64,000 nucleotides of DNA from Eledone cirrhosa (Eukaryota): the NCBI GenBank assembly GCA_964016885.1, contig OZ024743.1, forward strand, positions 189,844,001-189,908,000, written 5' to 3'. The position numbers and the translations under genes are program-made. Positions 25,093 to 37,943 of this stretch are shown here, piece after piece. The notes beneath the pieces were generated by a model. The model did not search any database. It saw nothing but the letters and a program-made list of their open reading frames with translations, and was not told the origin of the DNA. Position 1 is the stretch's first letter, and each line of letters starts with the position of its first letter.

Positions 25093-26150
25093 ATGACCTC
25101 ACTCAGAATAGGCAGCATAAATGCGCGTGGCTTGGGGTCGTCATGGAAGCAGGGCCACCTGCTCAACGACCTCAGGTCACTAAACATAGATGTAGTGGCT
25201 ATCAGCGAGACCAGAATCTCCGAAGCACAGGCTTTCGCACCGATCTTCGGCGGCTACGATGTGTACGCATCTCCCAGCCGTCCGGGATCGGGGGGAGGAG
25301 TTGCTGTGCTTTTTCGGAGAGGTTTGGATCTTGCCATACGGGCCATCTTCCTGGACCCATAAGGTAAGTTGGTGGTGCTGGACGTGACCAGCGGAGACGG
25401 GCAAGCTTTCAGGTTAGTGGCCGTCTATGCCCCGACAGGAGCAGGGCGGCCTGATTTCTTCCGGCGTCTGGAGACCTTTCTTGGAACGTCCCGCTCTTTA
25501 GTGTTAGTGGGCGACTGGAACGGGATCTTAGATGCACGCTGGGATTGTGTGGGATTAGTGGATAGGGAAGGAGGGTGCAAGAGTCTCACCAACCTGCTCA
25601 GACGTTTTGAACTGTCTGACAGGTACCGAATGGATTTCCCGAATGTACCAATGTGGACTTGGACAAATCGCATAGGGTCATCCAGATCATATCTAGATAG
25701 AGTATTTTGTAGGGAAATAGATAGGTCTAGCATAGGCTGTCCACAATTCAAGATAGTCAGCTACACGGACCACAAATTCGTGATCTGTGTGCTTGACTTA
25801 GATAGGCTTCATAGACGAGGACCCGGCTACTGGAAGCTAAACGCGTCCTTACCAGCGCGCAAGGCCTACAGAGACCGGATTAGCGAACTAGTTAAGCGGG
25901 CGTTGACGGGGGCCATCGTCAACAACAAGTGGTGGTTTGCTCTGAAAAGAGCAATTAGAATAGAGTCCATTAGGTTTAGTAAGACTTTAGCAATAGAGGA
26001 AAATAGAGCAGAGGGAGAATTAGTTAGAAAATTAGATGAGGCGCTTAGCAAAGGCATCGCGACCGACGTACTTGCGGCGAAATTGGCCCTTGACCAATTC
26101 TTCAATGCAAAGCACGAAGGCTGCGTTGTCAGAGCTAGGGTGCGTGCTCT
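25093..26150 (+). pseudogene. Tx1/L1 ORF2 APE endonuclease, in-frame stop at 25360 and truncated
   Basis: SINARGL, ISETR, AVYAP, VGDWN, YLDRVF, YTDHK, GPGYWKLNAS. Confidence 0.88.
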
Positions 26151-26289
26151 CATTATTATTATTATTATTATTATTATTGTTACTGTTATTATTACTTTTT
26201 TTTTTTTTTCCCAATTCAATGATGTTCCAGAACAATATAAAAGAGATAATTGGCAATTTAGGTTCTGGAACAAAAAAAGATAATTGGCA

Positions 26290-29200
26290 ATAAGGGCAGG
26301 TGCCCCAGGTTATCGCAGCCTGGGCCCACTCGTCATCGTACCATTGTAATAGAGCCAAACAAGGCATTTAGTCTTGGCTGTTGGAACGTACGGACGCTCC
26401 TTGACAGGGATTCCTTGGAGCGTCCTGAACGTAGGACCTCTCTTGTTGCAAAGGAGCTTCGACGTTACGATCTTGACATCGTGGCTTTATCTGAGACGAG
26501 GTTAGCTGGGGATGGTCATCTTACAGAATTTTGTGGAGAATATACATTCTTCTGGAAAGGAAGAGATGAAGGAACCAGAAGAGAGGCTGGGGTAGCATTT
26601 GCTGTTAAGACTGTTCTTGTGAATAAATTAGAAGAATTCCCAGTAGGGATTAGTGAGCGTCTTATGTCCATGAGAATTCCGCTGGACAAAGGAAGATATG
26701 CGACCCTGGTGAGTGTGTATACTCCAACTATGAATTCTGTCGATGAAGAAAAAATGTCCTTTTACCATGCCTTGAAAGGTGTTTTAAGAAATATCCCTCA
26801 GGCAGACAAAGTCATCGTACTTGGTGACTTTAATGCTAGAGTGGGTAGGGATTTTAACACATGGAATGTAATCGGAAGGCATGGGTGGGAAAGTGTAACA
26901 ACAATGGTATGCTCCTGCTGCAGATGTGTGAGGAGCTGGATCTGTGTGTTACCAACACCATGTTCCAACAAAAGAACAAATTCAAGACCACATGGATGCA
27001 TCCTGCATCTAAGGAATGGCATCTTTTGGATTACGTCCTAGTCAGGATGCGTGACAGACCGGATGTGCAGTGTGTTAGTGCTCTTCGTGGAGCTGAGTGC
27101 TGGACGGACCACCGCCTGGTACGCGCAAAAGTGAAACTAATCACAAAACGTAAAATCCTGGCTCCTGGCGTTGCTCTGCCCAAAAGATTGAATGATGCTC
27201 GTCTTAAGGATAAAAATGTGAAGAGGACATTGCAAGAAGAGATGCAGGTTGCAGATCTTGGTGAGGATTGGCTGACCCTTAAAAAGTCGGTTTATGATGT
27301 AGGCAGGCGTGTTCTAGGATTGGTGCAGAGAAAACATCAGGACTGGTTTAATGAGAATGATGTACATATAGAAGACTTGTTGGCTGATAAGAGGCGTGCT
27401 CTGTCACGCTACTTGACGGCAAAACCACAGGAGAGGAGTACGTTGCATGAGGAACTCAGGGATGTAAAATCACGTGTTAGGCGGAGTCTTTCTCAGATGA
27501 AGGATCAGTGGTGGAGTGAGAAGGCTGATGAGATACAAACTGCGTCAGATTCCAATAACACAAAGCTGTTGTACAGTCTCTTGCGTGAAGTTTATGGACC
27601 GTCTTCTCTGGCCACACCACTTCGCAGCAAGAATGGCAAAGAAGTTCGTGATTCACAAGGAATTCTACGAAGGTGGCGAGAACACTTTGATGATCTTTTG
27701 AATCAGCCGTCTGTCGTCAGTGAAGATTTTCTCAATCTCATTCCAGAAAGTCCTGTGAAAGTAGCTCTTGCAGAACCTCCGACGCTTGTGGAGGTTGCAG
27801 TGGCTATCTCGAAGCTGAACAGTGGAAGGTCTCCAGGTATGGATGGCATACATGCTGAGCTCCTACAATATGGTGGTGAGAGACTCGTGCAACATCTTCA
27901 CTCTTTGTTTGGCAGGATATGGGCTAATGAATCCGTACCTGAGGACTGGAGATATGCAATAATGGTGGTCTTGTACACGGTAAAGGGTAACAGGAATGAT
28001 TGTGGGAACTACAGAGGTATATCATTGCTTTCTGTCGTAGGGAAAGTTTTATGTAGGGTGCTTCTGGACCGTCTGCTGACACACATTGCAGATTGTGTTC
28101 TTCCTGAAAGTCAATCTGGTTTTCGTGCTGGACGCGGCACTACTGATATGATCTTCTCTGCTAGACAGCTCCAGGAGAAGTGCATAGAACAAGGTTTGGA
28201 TCTGTATCAGGTTTTTTGTCGATCTGACAAAAGCTTTCGATACTGTTAACAGAGATGCATTATGGAAGGTTCTCCAGAAACTTGGTTGCCCTCATAATTT
28301 CCTTGCTTTAGTTAGGTCTTTCCATGACGACATGAAGGCTTGGGTTAATGTCGGAGGTAACATGTCGGAGCCTATCTCAGTAAAAAATGGAGTGAAACAG
28401 GGGGATATTTCAGCACCGACAATGTTTGCCATATACTTTGCAATGGCTTTCTGTATTGCATTCAGGAATTGCGAGCATGGTGTTTACATCCGATATCGAA
28501 CCTCAGGCAGCATATTTAACATCAGGCGCTTTGCTGCAAAGACAAAAGTATTTACATCAATCATAAGAGACCTCGTGTATGCAGATGATTGCGATCTTGT
28601 AGCGCACACAGAGAGTGATATGCAGCACATTTTGAATGTATTTTCTGACGCTTGCACTGCCCTAGGTCTGACTGTCAGTCTCAAGAAAACCGTCGTAATG
28701 TACCAACCTGCGGCTGGTAAGCAGTACACTGAACCAAATATGTACGTGTATGGTAAACGACTTGGAGTGGTTGATCAGTTTGTCTACCTGGGAAGCACTG
28801 TCAATCGATACAGCAACCTTGATAGTGAAATCTCACTTAGGATTAGGAAAGCAAGTGATGCTTTCGGAAAGCTAGAAAGTCGACTCTGGGGTCGGCGAGA
28901 CATATGCAAGAAGACAAAGGTAGAGGTGTACAAGGCATGTGTGCTCTCTTGTCTTCTTTATGCCTGCGAGACCTGGGTCAAATATCGACACCACCTTAAG
29001 CAATTGGAGCATTTCCATCAGATGTGTCTCAGACGGATCCATGGCGTTCACTGGAGGGACCACAACAGTGATGTCGAGATTTTGGAAAGCTCTTGTGCTT
29101 AAGCAACGACTCCGTTGGAGTGGTCACCTTGCCAGGATGAAGTATTCTAGAATACCAAAACAACTCTTTTATGGAGAGTTGGTTAAAGGAAAACGACCGC

Positions 29201-29735
29201 CACATAAACCAAAAGAGAGGTATAAGGATTCCTTGAAAGCCTCTTTGAAAGACGCTAACATCTCTGCTGATACATGGGAAAATATTGCTGCTGGTCGTAA
29301 TAAATGGAGAAAGACTGTATATGAGGGAAAAGTTGCCTTTGAGGCATCTCGAATCGCATACGAGAAAGATGTGAGGAAGGGCATTGCTGTTGCACTTCCA
29401 GACGGCGAGGGTCCTCCTATGGTTCTGACATGCAGCGTCTGTGCGAGACTCTGCATAAGCAAAGCTGGACTCGAAAGTCATCTTCGCAGTCATAAAGTAA
29501 GACCAGTGGTTGACTACCAGGCTGCTGTTGGAGATGCTACTCATCATGCTTGCCAAACATGTGGTAGAGAATGTAAATCAGCAGGAGGGCTCAAGCGACA
29601 TGCAAAAGTACACGAACTCCAACCACAGCCGACTATTCCCAGTGAATGTTTTGGTTGCCGACTCTGTGCAAGACATTTTAGATCATTGGCTGGGCTAAAA
29701 AGCCACATTCGATCGCAGCGCTGTTAGTTGCTATC
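26290..29735 (+). mobile_element. RTE-clade LINE, near-complete frameshifted ORF (APE + RT + three C2H2 fingers)
   Basis: CWNVRTLL, ALSETRL, LGDFNARVG, CWTDH; NYRGISLLS, QSGFR, GVKQG, YADD, FVYLGS; LRWSGHLARM; three CxxC..GL..H motifs at the C-terminus. Confidence 0.93.
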
Positions 29736-29765
29736 GTGTGTGTATAGATATGTTTATGTGTGTGC

Positions 29766-29797
<32 letters not shown>

Positions 29798-29982
29798 GTA
29801 TATTATTATTGTTGTTGTTGTCGTTATTATTATTGTTGTTATTATTATTATTGTTATTAATATATATGTGTGTTTATATATATATATGTATGTGTATGTA
29901 TATATATATATTTTTTTTTTCTCGTGCAATGGTCATACTCGATAACGAGGGGGCAGCTTTCATCATCATGTATGTATGTATA

Positions 29983-30586
29983 TCAGGTTACCAGTTGGTG
30001 CTACTGGTAACATGTATTCCAGTACACCTGTCTCATGGTCGGGTCGTTGGCGACTAAACTGGCAACCCCACCAAGGTTTCTTGGTGAGGAGGGTGACTTT
30101 GGACAACCTGCAGGACTAAAAAAAAACCTGTCAAAGGGCAAAGGAGTTCTTAAGAGTGAATGGCCATCCAAAATCACCGGCAGAGATGACCCCTTAGCCT
30201 TTGTCAAGGCAGAATTCTAGGAGGAAAACTCTGATATAACACCTGCAACCCTGATGGTATTCAATAATGTTGACTTGTTCTTCTTTTTGGTAAATATCAT
30301 CTTGGTTAAGAGAGTGGGACTGGCTTTGTGCAGAGCCTTTGCTCACTATAAAAGCTTCACGGCACAGGCATTGCTTTATATCTGGAGATCTCTCTGCACT
30401 TGTCGTCACATGGACCATGGGCCCAGCACTCTGTGTCAATAATTGTCACAAGTGTAGTGTTTGTAATAGAGTTTTCAAGTCGCTGGCTGGACTAAAAAGT
30501 CACACTCGTTCACCGTATCGGTAGGGGTTCTTCTACATGGATATAAAGTAGGGGCCGTACTCGAAAACGAGTTGGCAGCCACCACG
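29983..30586 (+). mobile_element. Non-autonomous RTE-derived element, copy 2
   Basis: RTE 5'UTR-like TTCTAGGAGGAAAACTCTGATATAACACC; 3' part encodes CSVCNRVFKSLAGLKSHTRS, homologous to the last finger of the upstream RTE. Confidence 0.8.
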
Positions 30587-30633
30587 TATATATATATATA
30601 TACATATACATATACATATATATATATATATAT

Positions 30634-31020
30634 GGAGGCACATGGCTTAGTGGTTAGAGCATTGGCCTTCCAAACGAAAGGTTGTGAGTTCAATTCTCAG
30701 ACCTTGTGATGTGTTGTTTCCTTGAGCAAGACATTTTATTTGACATTGCTCCAATTTACTCAGCTGTAGAAATGAGATGATAGGGACTGTGGTCCATATC
30801 ATTCCACTGCAAAGTGTCGTGGAGGTACCACACCAAAACAAAAGCACCCAGCCCACACTGCAAAGTGGTCGTGGAGGTTCCACGGTAAAAAAGCACCCAG
30901 CACTCACTGTAAATGAGGTTGTTGTTAGGAAGGGCATCCAGCTGTAGAAATTAAGCCAGAATCAGTTCCCTTCCCACCCTTGCAGGCAGGGAAAAGAGGA
31001 CGTAAAATGATGATGATGAT
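30634..31020 (+). mobile_element. Full-length tRNA-derived CORE-like SINE (family B)
   Basis: A-box TGGCTTAGTGG, B-box GAGTTCAATTC, CCTTGAGCAAGACA..TCAGCTGTAGAAATG, (GAT)n tail. Confidence 0.85.
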
Positions 31021-31645
31021 GTGTGTGTGTGTGTGCAATCCAGCATGTTGAAAGAAGTAACTAGAAAGGTTGGAGTTAAGAAGGGCATCCAGCTGTTAAA
31101 TATTGCTTAAAAAAAGTCTTATTCAAATCATGCTACAATCTTATGAATTTATGTTTATAATTATGTATCTTTAAGCTAAGATTAAGCTTCCATTTAGAAT
31201 GCACTACGAATAATTTAAGTAGATTAAATATTTCTATAAGTTTCAGAGGTACAAAAATTGCTTCCTTCATTTTGTTCATACCAATAACAATTTTAGACTA
31301 ATGCCATAACTGCTAAATCCCACCCTAGGTTATTGTAATATTCTTCAAGGAGATAATATTGTGGAAGAAGCTTAAAGTTTTCTTTCTCCTAAAGAGTTAC
31401 TACATTGCTTCACAGGAATTGCCAGTGATTTTCTTTTGATTATTATTGAAAAATTGAGTCTTTTGTTTCTATTGTTTAGACTTTCGTTTGAGCTAATCTA
31501 TTTTCCTGCCTGAATCATATTGAATAACCTTATTACTGTTATTAATATTTTTTGTTGCATTATCTGTTTTTGTTATATATATATATCATCATCATCATCA
31601 TCATATGTATGGCTATGCAAAAAGACCGGCGGCTATCGCCACCTA

Positions 31646-31704
<59 letters not shown>

Positions 31705-31755
31705 ATATATATATACGTATATATATATATATGGATATATATATATATACGTATA

Positions 31756-32531
31756 TAAATAAATACAATATCGGAGAAAGCTTTTTAGCGATACTCCAGC
31801 CAAATTCAAACTCACTCAACAAACATTAGGAATTAAGTGATTATATTCCCAATTAAGCGTTCGGGGTGCTAACTTAAAGTATTGCGTGGAAAATTGGCTG
31901 TATTATTTCATATGAGATATATCTAATATATCTCTTCCCAGACGGACGTCTCGTTTCATTATAGGACTCCTACAATTTGGGTGAAATTATACCAAATTTA
32001 TGTAGGAGCTTGTATACCATCAATAGATATATATTCAAGTGGGCTCCTATAATTCATCAGTGGGTGCCCTAATAACACTAATATTGATAATCTAACCAAC
32101 ATCAGCATTTAGCGATAATCACTTTCTGTGCCTGAGGTATCTGTCAGGTACCCAGCCCAGCAGTTCTGAAAGAAGTGCTCGAACTGATTCAAAAAATGAG
32201 GAAGCGAAATACCGCCAAAAAAACAATACATGCGCGTGACAATGAACTCTGAAAGGGATTCAGGCCACGTGCTAAGAACTCAATTGGAATTGAAAAAATA
32301 TCTATGTGTGTACAACATTTGATGACACACACAGATATTTTCTCGGGCAAAATAACAGAATGAGATATAAGGAACAATCAATATTCATATATAAAAAATA
32401 AACAAAGAAATGCTAACCTTACATCGGGAATTTTTTCGAATCTGTTACTCCAAGGGTAAGTAAATAAATACAATATCGGAGAAAGCTTTTTAGCGATACT
32501 CCGGCCAAATTCCAACTCACTCAACAAACAT
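31756..32531 (-). mobile_element. Hammerhead-containing element with ~70-bp terminal direct repeat (705-bp period)
   Basis: 31756-31826 is nearly identical to 32461-32531; (TA)n on both flanks; internal hammerhead. Confidence 0.65.
31937..32064 (-). ncRNA. Type I hammerhead ribozyme with expanded stem II (family E)
   Basis: Minus CCCA-CTGATGA-ATTATAGGA..insert..TCCTATAAT-GAAA-CGAGACGTCCGTC^TGGG; GUC cleavage triplet. Confidence 0.75.
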
Positions 32532-32980
32532 ATATATATATATATATATATACATATAAAAATGAAAGTGTAGAAATTATTGTGAGCATGAAGCCAACAG
32601 TATTTCATAATATATAAGTGACTATAACGTCAAAATGGAAAAATAGTTAACGTAAGATGTGGGAAAATAATTCAAACTCAATAAAAAAAAAAAAAATCAA
32701 GACATAGATTTATCCACAGAATTTTGTGAAATCCAGGGAAAAATCAATAGAGCCTTAACTCAGAATAAAATATATATATATATATATCATCATCATATAT
32801 ATGTATATATATCATAATCATATATATATATATATCATCATCATCATATATATATATATATATATATATATCATCATCATCATCATCATCAGATGTTAAA
32901 CGATGATGATGATGATGATATATATATATAGTGACGAAACATAACTCAATTGCATGAACTCATAATCATTTATTTACTGC

Positions 32981-33026
32981 TATATATATTTCGATGATAG
33001 CCATTGTATGGCTATGACCTCATCAG
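32981..33026 (-). ncRNA. Hammerhead core (family F); stem I does not pair
   Basis: Minus CTGATGA-GGTCATAGCCATACAATGGCTATCATC-GAAA-TATATATA; lies downstream of a possible KPQLN GIY-YIG C-terminal remnant (~33280-33330). Confidence 0.5.
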
Positions 33027-34109
33027 TTCTTAGATATGCCAGCTCTGGGTTTTTGGTGTTGATGGTTTTAGAGCCTTGGGACATATGAGCTTGTTAGGGA
33101 TAATTTAATGTTGTCAGCAGGAATAATCTTAATTCTCATTGGTCAGTTTGTAGATGCTAGTAGGATTGGTATTTGACCTCAAAGAGGTCAGTGGTGTTGT
33201 AAAGTTCAAACCGTCAGTCAAGATGACAATAGTTCCATATGACTGATTTTCACAAAAAGCATTGCTGGTCAGATATATATTCAATTGAGGTTTATAGTAT
33301 GAAATTCGATACTACAGGGCATTCTTAAATTGAGGAATTTATGTGGGGTGGTACTACTACTTAGAAAGTTTACATATAAAAAGACTTATGTTGGTTGACT
33401 TGCACATACTCACACCCACCCCCACAGACACACACATCCACACATACACATTGAGGAATACAGAAAATTATGGTTAGAGTCAAATACTTAGAAAGTTTAC
33501 ATATAAAAACACTTATGTTGGTGGACTTGTACATACACTCACACCCACCCGCACAGAGACACACACACATCTACGCATACAAATCCATACAGATGTGTAT
33601 ATATATGTATGTACACACAAGTGCGTATATATATACAAAAGAGGCCCCCAAATCCAAGTATATGGCAGACATAAAACGAGGTGGATCTTATTTTTAAAGG
33701 AAAGTAAAGTGGGTGTTTGGAAAAGTTATTGTTTAGACTAGACAAAAGTAGGGTGTGATATATATCTTCACAGCAATAGCTTAGGGGCTTTGGAGCTTAG
33801 GCGATTCCCTTAGTACAGACATATACAGGTACAAGCACCCACCCACACTTGTATACCTCTGGATGCGTGTGTATGTCTATATACACAAATGCATTCCTAC
33901 AAGAGAGCATACACAAATATACTCTTAAGCATACACTCGAACATTTTTCAAATGCAACCTGGGGTAATAGTATTTCGTTGCGTTCACATATGAGCGTACA
34001 TTCACCTAATCGCAGTATACACACACAACGCACGGTTGCGGGCACGCATTCATGCGTATTGGGTTAGCACCTTAGGATAATCGCTCTTCCTGTGTGGGCC
34101 ACTCCCGGG

Positions 34110-35400
34110 GGGGGGGGGTCATCAGGTTAAACAAACGTGGTTTTGCTGACTCCTAACCAGTAGGCGATCCGGTGGACAATCCACTCTGGGGACGACAAAC
34201 TATGGGTGGGTGTTGTTGCCCATTGGTCATTGGTACGGGGTGTAGGGGACCTACAGGGGTGGGTGGGATGGAAAGAGTCGTGGGAGGCCATAAGCGGGGT
34301 TTTACCATATAGGTTGAGGAAAGTTCCCGTCCTTAGGTGTCTGCAGGCGCCGAATAAGTCGGCCCTTCTGTTTAATAGCTTGGTTCCGCCATGAAGTATC
34401 TCAAGTGTCTCACTAAGACAGAGGTTGCAAATACCAGACCCACCTCTGTCTGGGGGAACCTTTCTAACCATGGACCAGACCAAAGAGTGCGGGTCTTTTC
34501 AAGTTTGAGCTTCCAGATCAATTCTGAAAGGGTCGTACATTTCCTCTTTTCTATTCTGTTAAAGGAGTGGCGATGGTTATACCACCTATCTTTGAAACTC
34601 GTCGCCGTGGATCCTATGTAGCGGTGCTCCGAGTTAGGGGTTGTAACCTTGCACCTGTAGACTACGTTTTTCGTCATGCATTCATTACTAAGGGGGCATA
34701 GTGATGGGTCTCTGCAATTGCATGACTTTTTAAGCCCCTGCACATGTACCGCGGGATTACTATAAAGCAGGGGTTGGGTGGGTAGCCGCCGCATTCAGCA
34801 CAGGGTAGTGGGGTTCCGCTGTGCTAGTTGGGCCTGTCCTGCGCCTCGTGCGTCCCGCGTGCTGGTTCCGTTTGGTGGCTCCGTGGTTTACGGTGATATT
34901 AGAGGCAGTGAACCTATTCCCATTTATGCCGGCTATGTGCTGGGCTACGGAGCGTGTGGTTGAGTAGGAAAGTTTCACCGTGTGCCTGTTGAATATTTTA
35001 TGGTACATGTGGGCTCTAGGGAAACATTTATCCAGTACTCTAAAGAATGTTCTAGCCAGGCTGGTACGTAGACCACCGAGTATGGGCGGTTATACTATGT
35101 GACCTTCCTGGTCTTATTCTTGCGGAGTTGTTGGGTGTCCGCCGTGGTCCATCACAGGGTTGTGCACAGCTCAGGTCGAGCTCGGTTGGTATTACTCAAG
35201 TGTGCAGAGCGGTCACTATCATGAGGGTTATATGGGCCCACCGTGGGAATATAAACCTGCGCGGTGTGGCCTCCCTGCTCAATGAGGGTTCGACAGGTGG
35301 TGGGGCCGGTGCAGGGGTGCCTATGCTCCACACTACAGTGGTCTTCCTTCTTGTAGGTATAGACTGGTGGGCTATGCGGGACCTTCTACCGGGGTTGGTG
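34110..35400 (-). mobile_element. Penelope-like element 3' part (linker plus GIY-YIG endonuclease, Naiad-like), frameshifted
   Basis: HKIFNRHTVKLSYS; CNCRDPSLCPLSNEC; VVY..YIGST..FKDRWYNH; CNLCLSE..LLNRR..CRH; ends at a truncated CTGATGA core (~34120-34126). Confidence 0.88.
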
Positions 35401-35412
35401 GCGGTTAGGAGT

Positions 35413-36005
<593 letters not shown>

Positions 36006-36941
36006 TTCAATTTGCATAATAGTAGAATTTCATTACTGTTATCTGCCATGCTAGATCACTTGTCAAACCAATATTAGAAATATTAAAATTAGAATAAAAA
36101 CTATAAACATACATCTTTCATTTTCTTTATTTTCATACGTACTCATCATTTCTCTTGTGGATATGAAAGTTATTAACATAGGGACAACAATACATTGAAT
36201 ATAGTATTAGAAATATATATTATTTGAAGTCTTTATTGATTTTTAAATTCAAGCTGAGTTCATAATTTTTTCTTCACTTCTAACTTTCTTATTGACAGAT
36301 CCATCCTGAAATATTATCTTCCTGGTTCGAATATTTTCTTCAGTTTAAATCTATTTGCATTCTAACTTTTATGTATGAGAAATAGTTGATAAATAGTTTT
36401 AATAGCAAAAGATAGAATAATATGAAAAGATAGATGAAGAAATTTCTTGACATTGAAATTTATGAAAAATATTAAAAATGTCCAATATTTAAATTAAATT
36501 GGAGATTTTGGGTTAGGAAATACCTTTAAAGGGGAAAAGGAAAAAAAGGAAAATCCCAAAATCTCATAAAAGGATTTTAAGCATTTTATTGTAGTTATTA
36601 ACAGAGGAAAATGTTATTGTGCACCAGATAATCTCAATCCCTTCATCATTGTAAAAATTGTTATTGAAAATTGATCACACTCGGCATGAATTATGGTAGT
36701 TAAATGAGTAATATTCTCATATTTGATGAATGCATTTCAATTTAAAATATATAGAAATAATAATTTGTCTTATGGAAGCTGATTTGCAATTTGAACATGG
36801 TGATTACTTATGAGATGAGCTGCTTAACATCTGAACAGAATACAAAATTTTATCTATCTAGAAAATAAGAGAAACAAATACTAACAAAAAAATAGAGCAT
36901 AAAAGTAATCATTATTCAGACACGTTTATATATAACAATTA

Positions 36942-37278
36942 GGGTAAAAGGGTAAGAGTAAAGACTTCTTTTGGTCTCAAATAACTATTGGATTTACACC
37001 TAGAAAGTTTCCCTTTTGAGGCACAAATCTGGGCAAGTTTCTTTGTGGAAGACCAGCAGTCACCCATGCATACCAATCTCTCCTCTCCATGCCACCAATG
37101 TTGTCCAAGGGAAAGGGAAATTATGATACAACTTGGCACCAGTGATGTCGCAACTCATTTCTACAGCTCAGTGATCTAGAGCAATGTTAAATAAAGTGGC
37201 TTGCTCAAGGACACAACACACTGCCCAGTCCAGGAATCAAACTAACAACTGCATGATTGTAATCCCAATGCTCTAACT
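36942..37278 (-). mobile_element. CORE-like SINE with alternative 3' region; same subfamily as 49516-49848
   Basis: CACCTAGAAAGTT..GAAGACCAGCAGT..CTTGGCACCAGTGA..TTGCTCAAGGACACAAC. Confidence 0.75.
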
Positions 37279-37728
37279 ATACATAAATTAGGAGAGACAA
37301 TTTCTGAGATCTTTCTAATTTTGGAGATCGTTGAAGGATTCAGCTAGTTGCATACAATAAAAAAAGCCATGCAATATTTGTTTTAGCTTTCTGTGTTCTG
37401 ATTTTAAATTCTATTGAAGTTATCATTTCAGAGTCAGTAAAATAAAGAAATTGTCTAGGTCAGTGGATTGGTAAAACCCTTAGGGTGTCAAATGAGATAG
37501 CTTGTGAATTTTTTCCAGGTCTTTGTATTTCAATTTCAAATCCCCTTGGAAGAAATAATCCATCACTTAGATTAAAAACAACACTTGGATCTTCTGTATC
37601 CTCAGAATCAACTCTGCTGCAAACACTTTATCTCCAGTTTGAGGATAATTTCCGATGCCTGGACACCTTCCAGTGTAAATCTTTCTTTGAGTAACCGGTA
37701 TAAAAATTACATCCAAAGATCAATTTAA

Positions 37729-37943
37729 CCCATTAGCATCGACTGTATCTGGCCAGAATTTGCTCACCTCTCTCTGTTCAAACTGGCTGTAACTGGCCAC
37801 TCATTCTGACGTTAAGGTATTGTTATTAACATAAATAATATTAAAATCTTATAGATTCGATATTATGTGAGATAATTATGTGAGGTAAAGCCTGTAGTGT
37901 GAAAATACAATAGTAAATACAGAGTAATGTAAATGCTAAAGGG
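37729..37943. mobile_element. piggyBac-type MITE
   Basis: TTAA|CCCATTAGCAT...ATGCTAAAGGG|TTAA: TTAA TSD and 11-bp TIRs with one mismatch. Confidence 0.7.

Larger units (their letters stand above)
22884..26150 (+). mobile_element. L1/Tx1-clade non-LTR retrotransposon, 5' part only (no RT)
   Basis: Putative 5'UTR, ORF1 with CCHC knuckle, ORF2 APE endonuclease; (ATT)n on both sides. Confidence 0.85.

Noticed and set aside
30634-30710. tRNA gene
   Set aside because: A and B boxes are present, but the sequence continues into a SINE body and tail with no complete cloverleaf.
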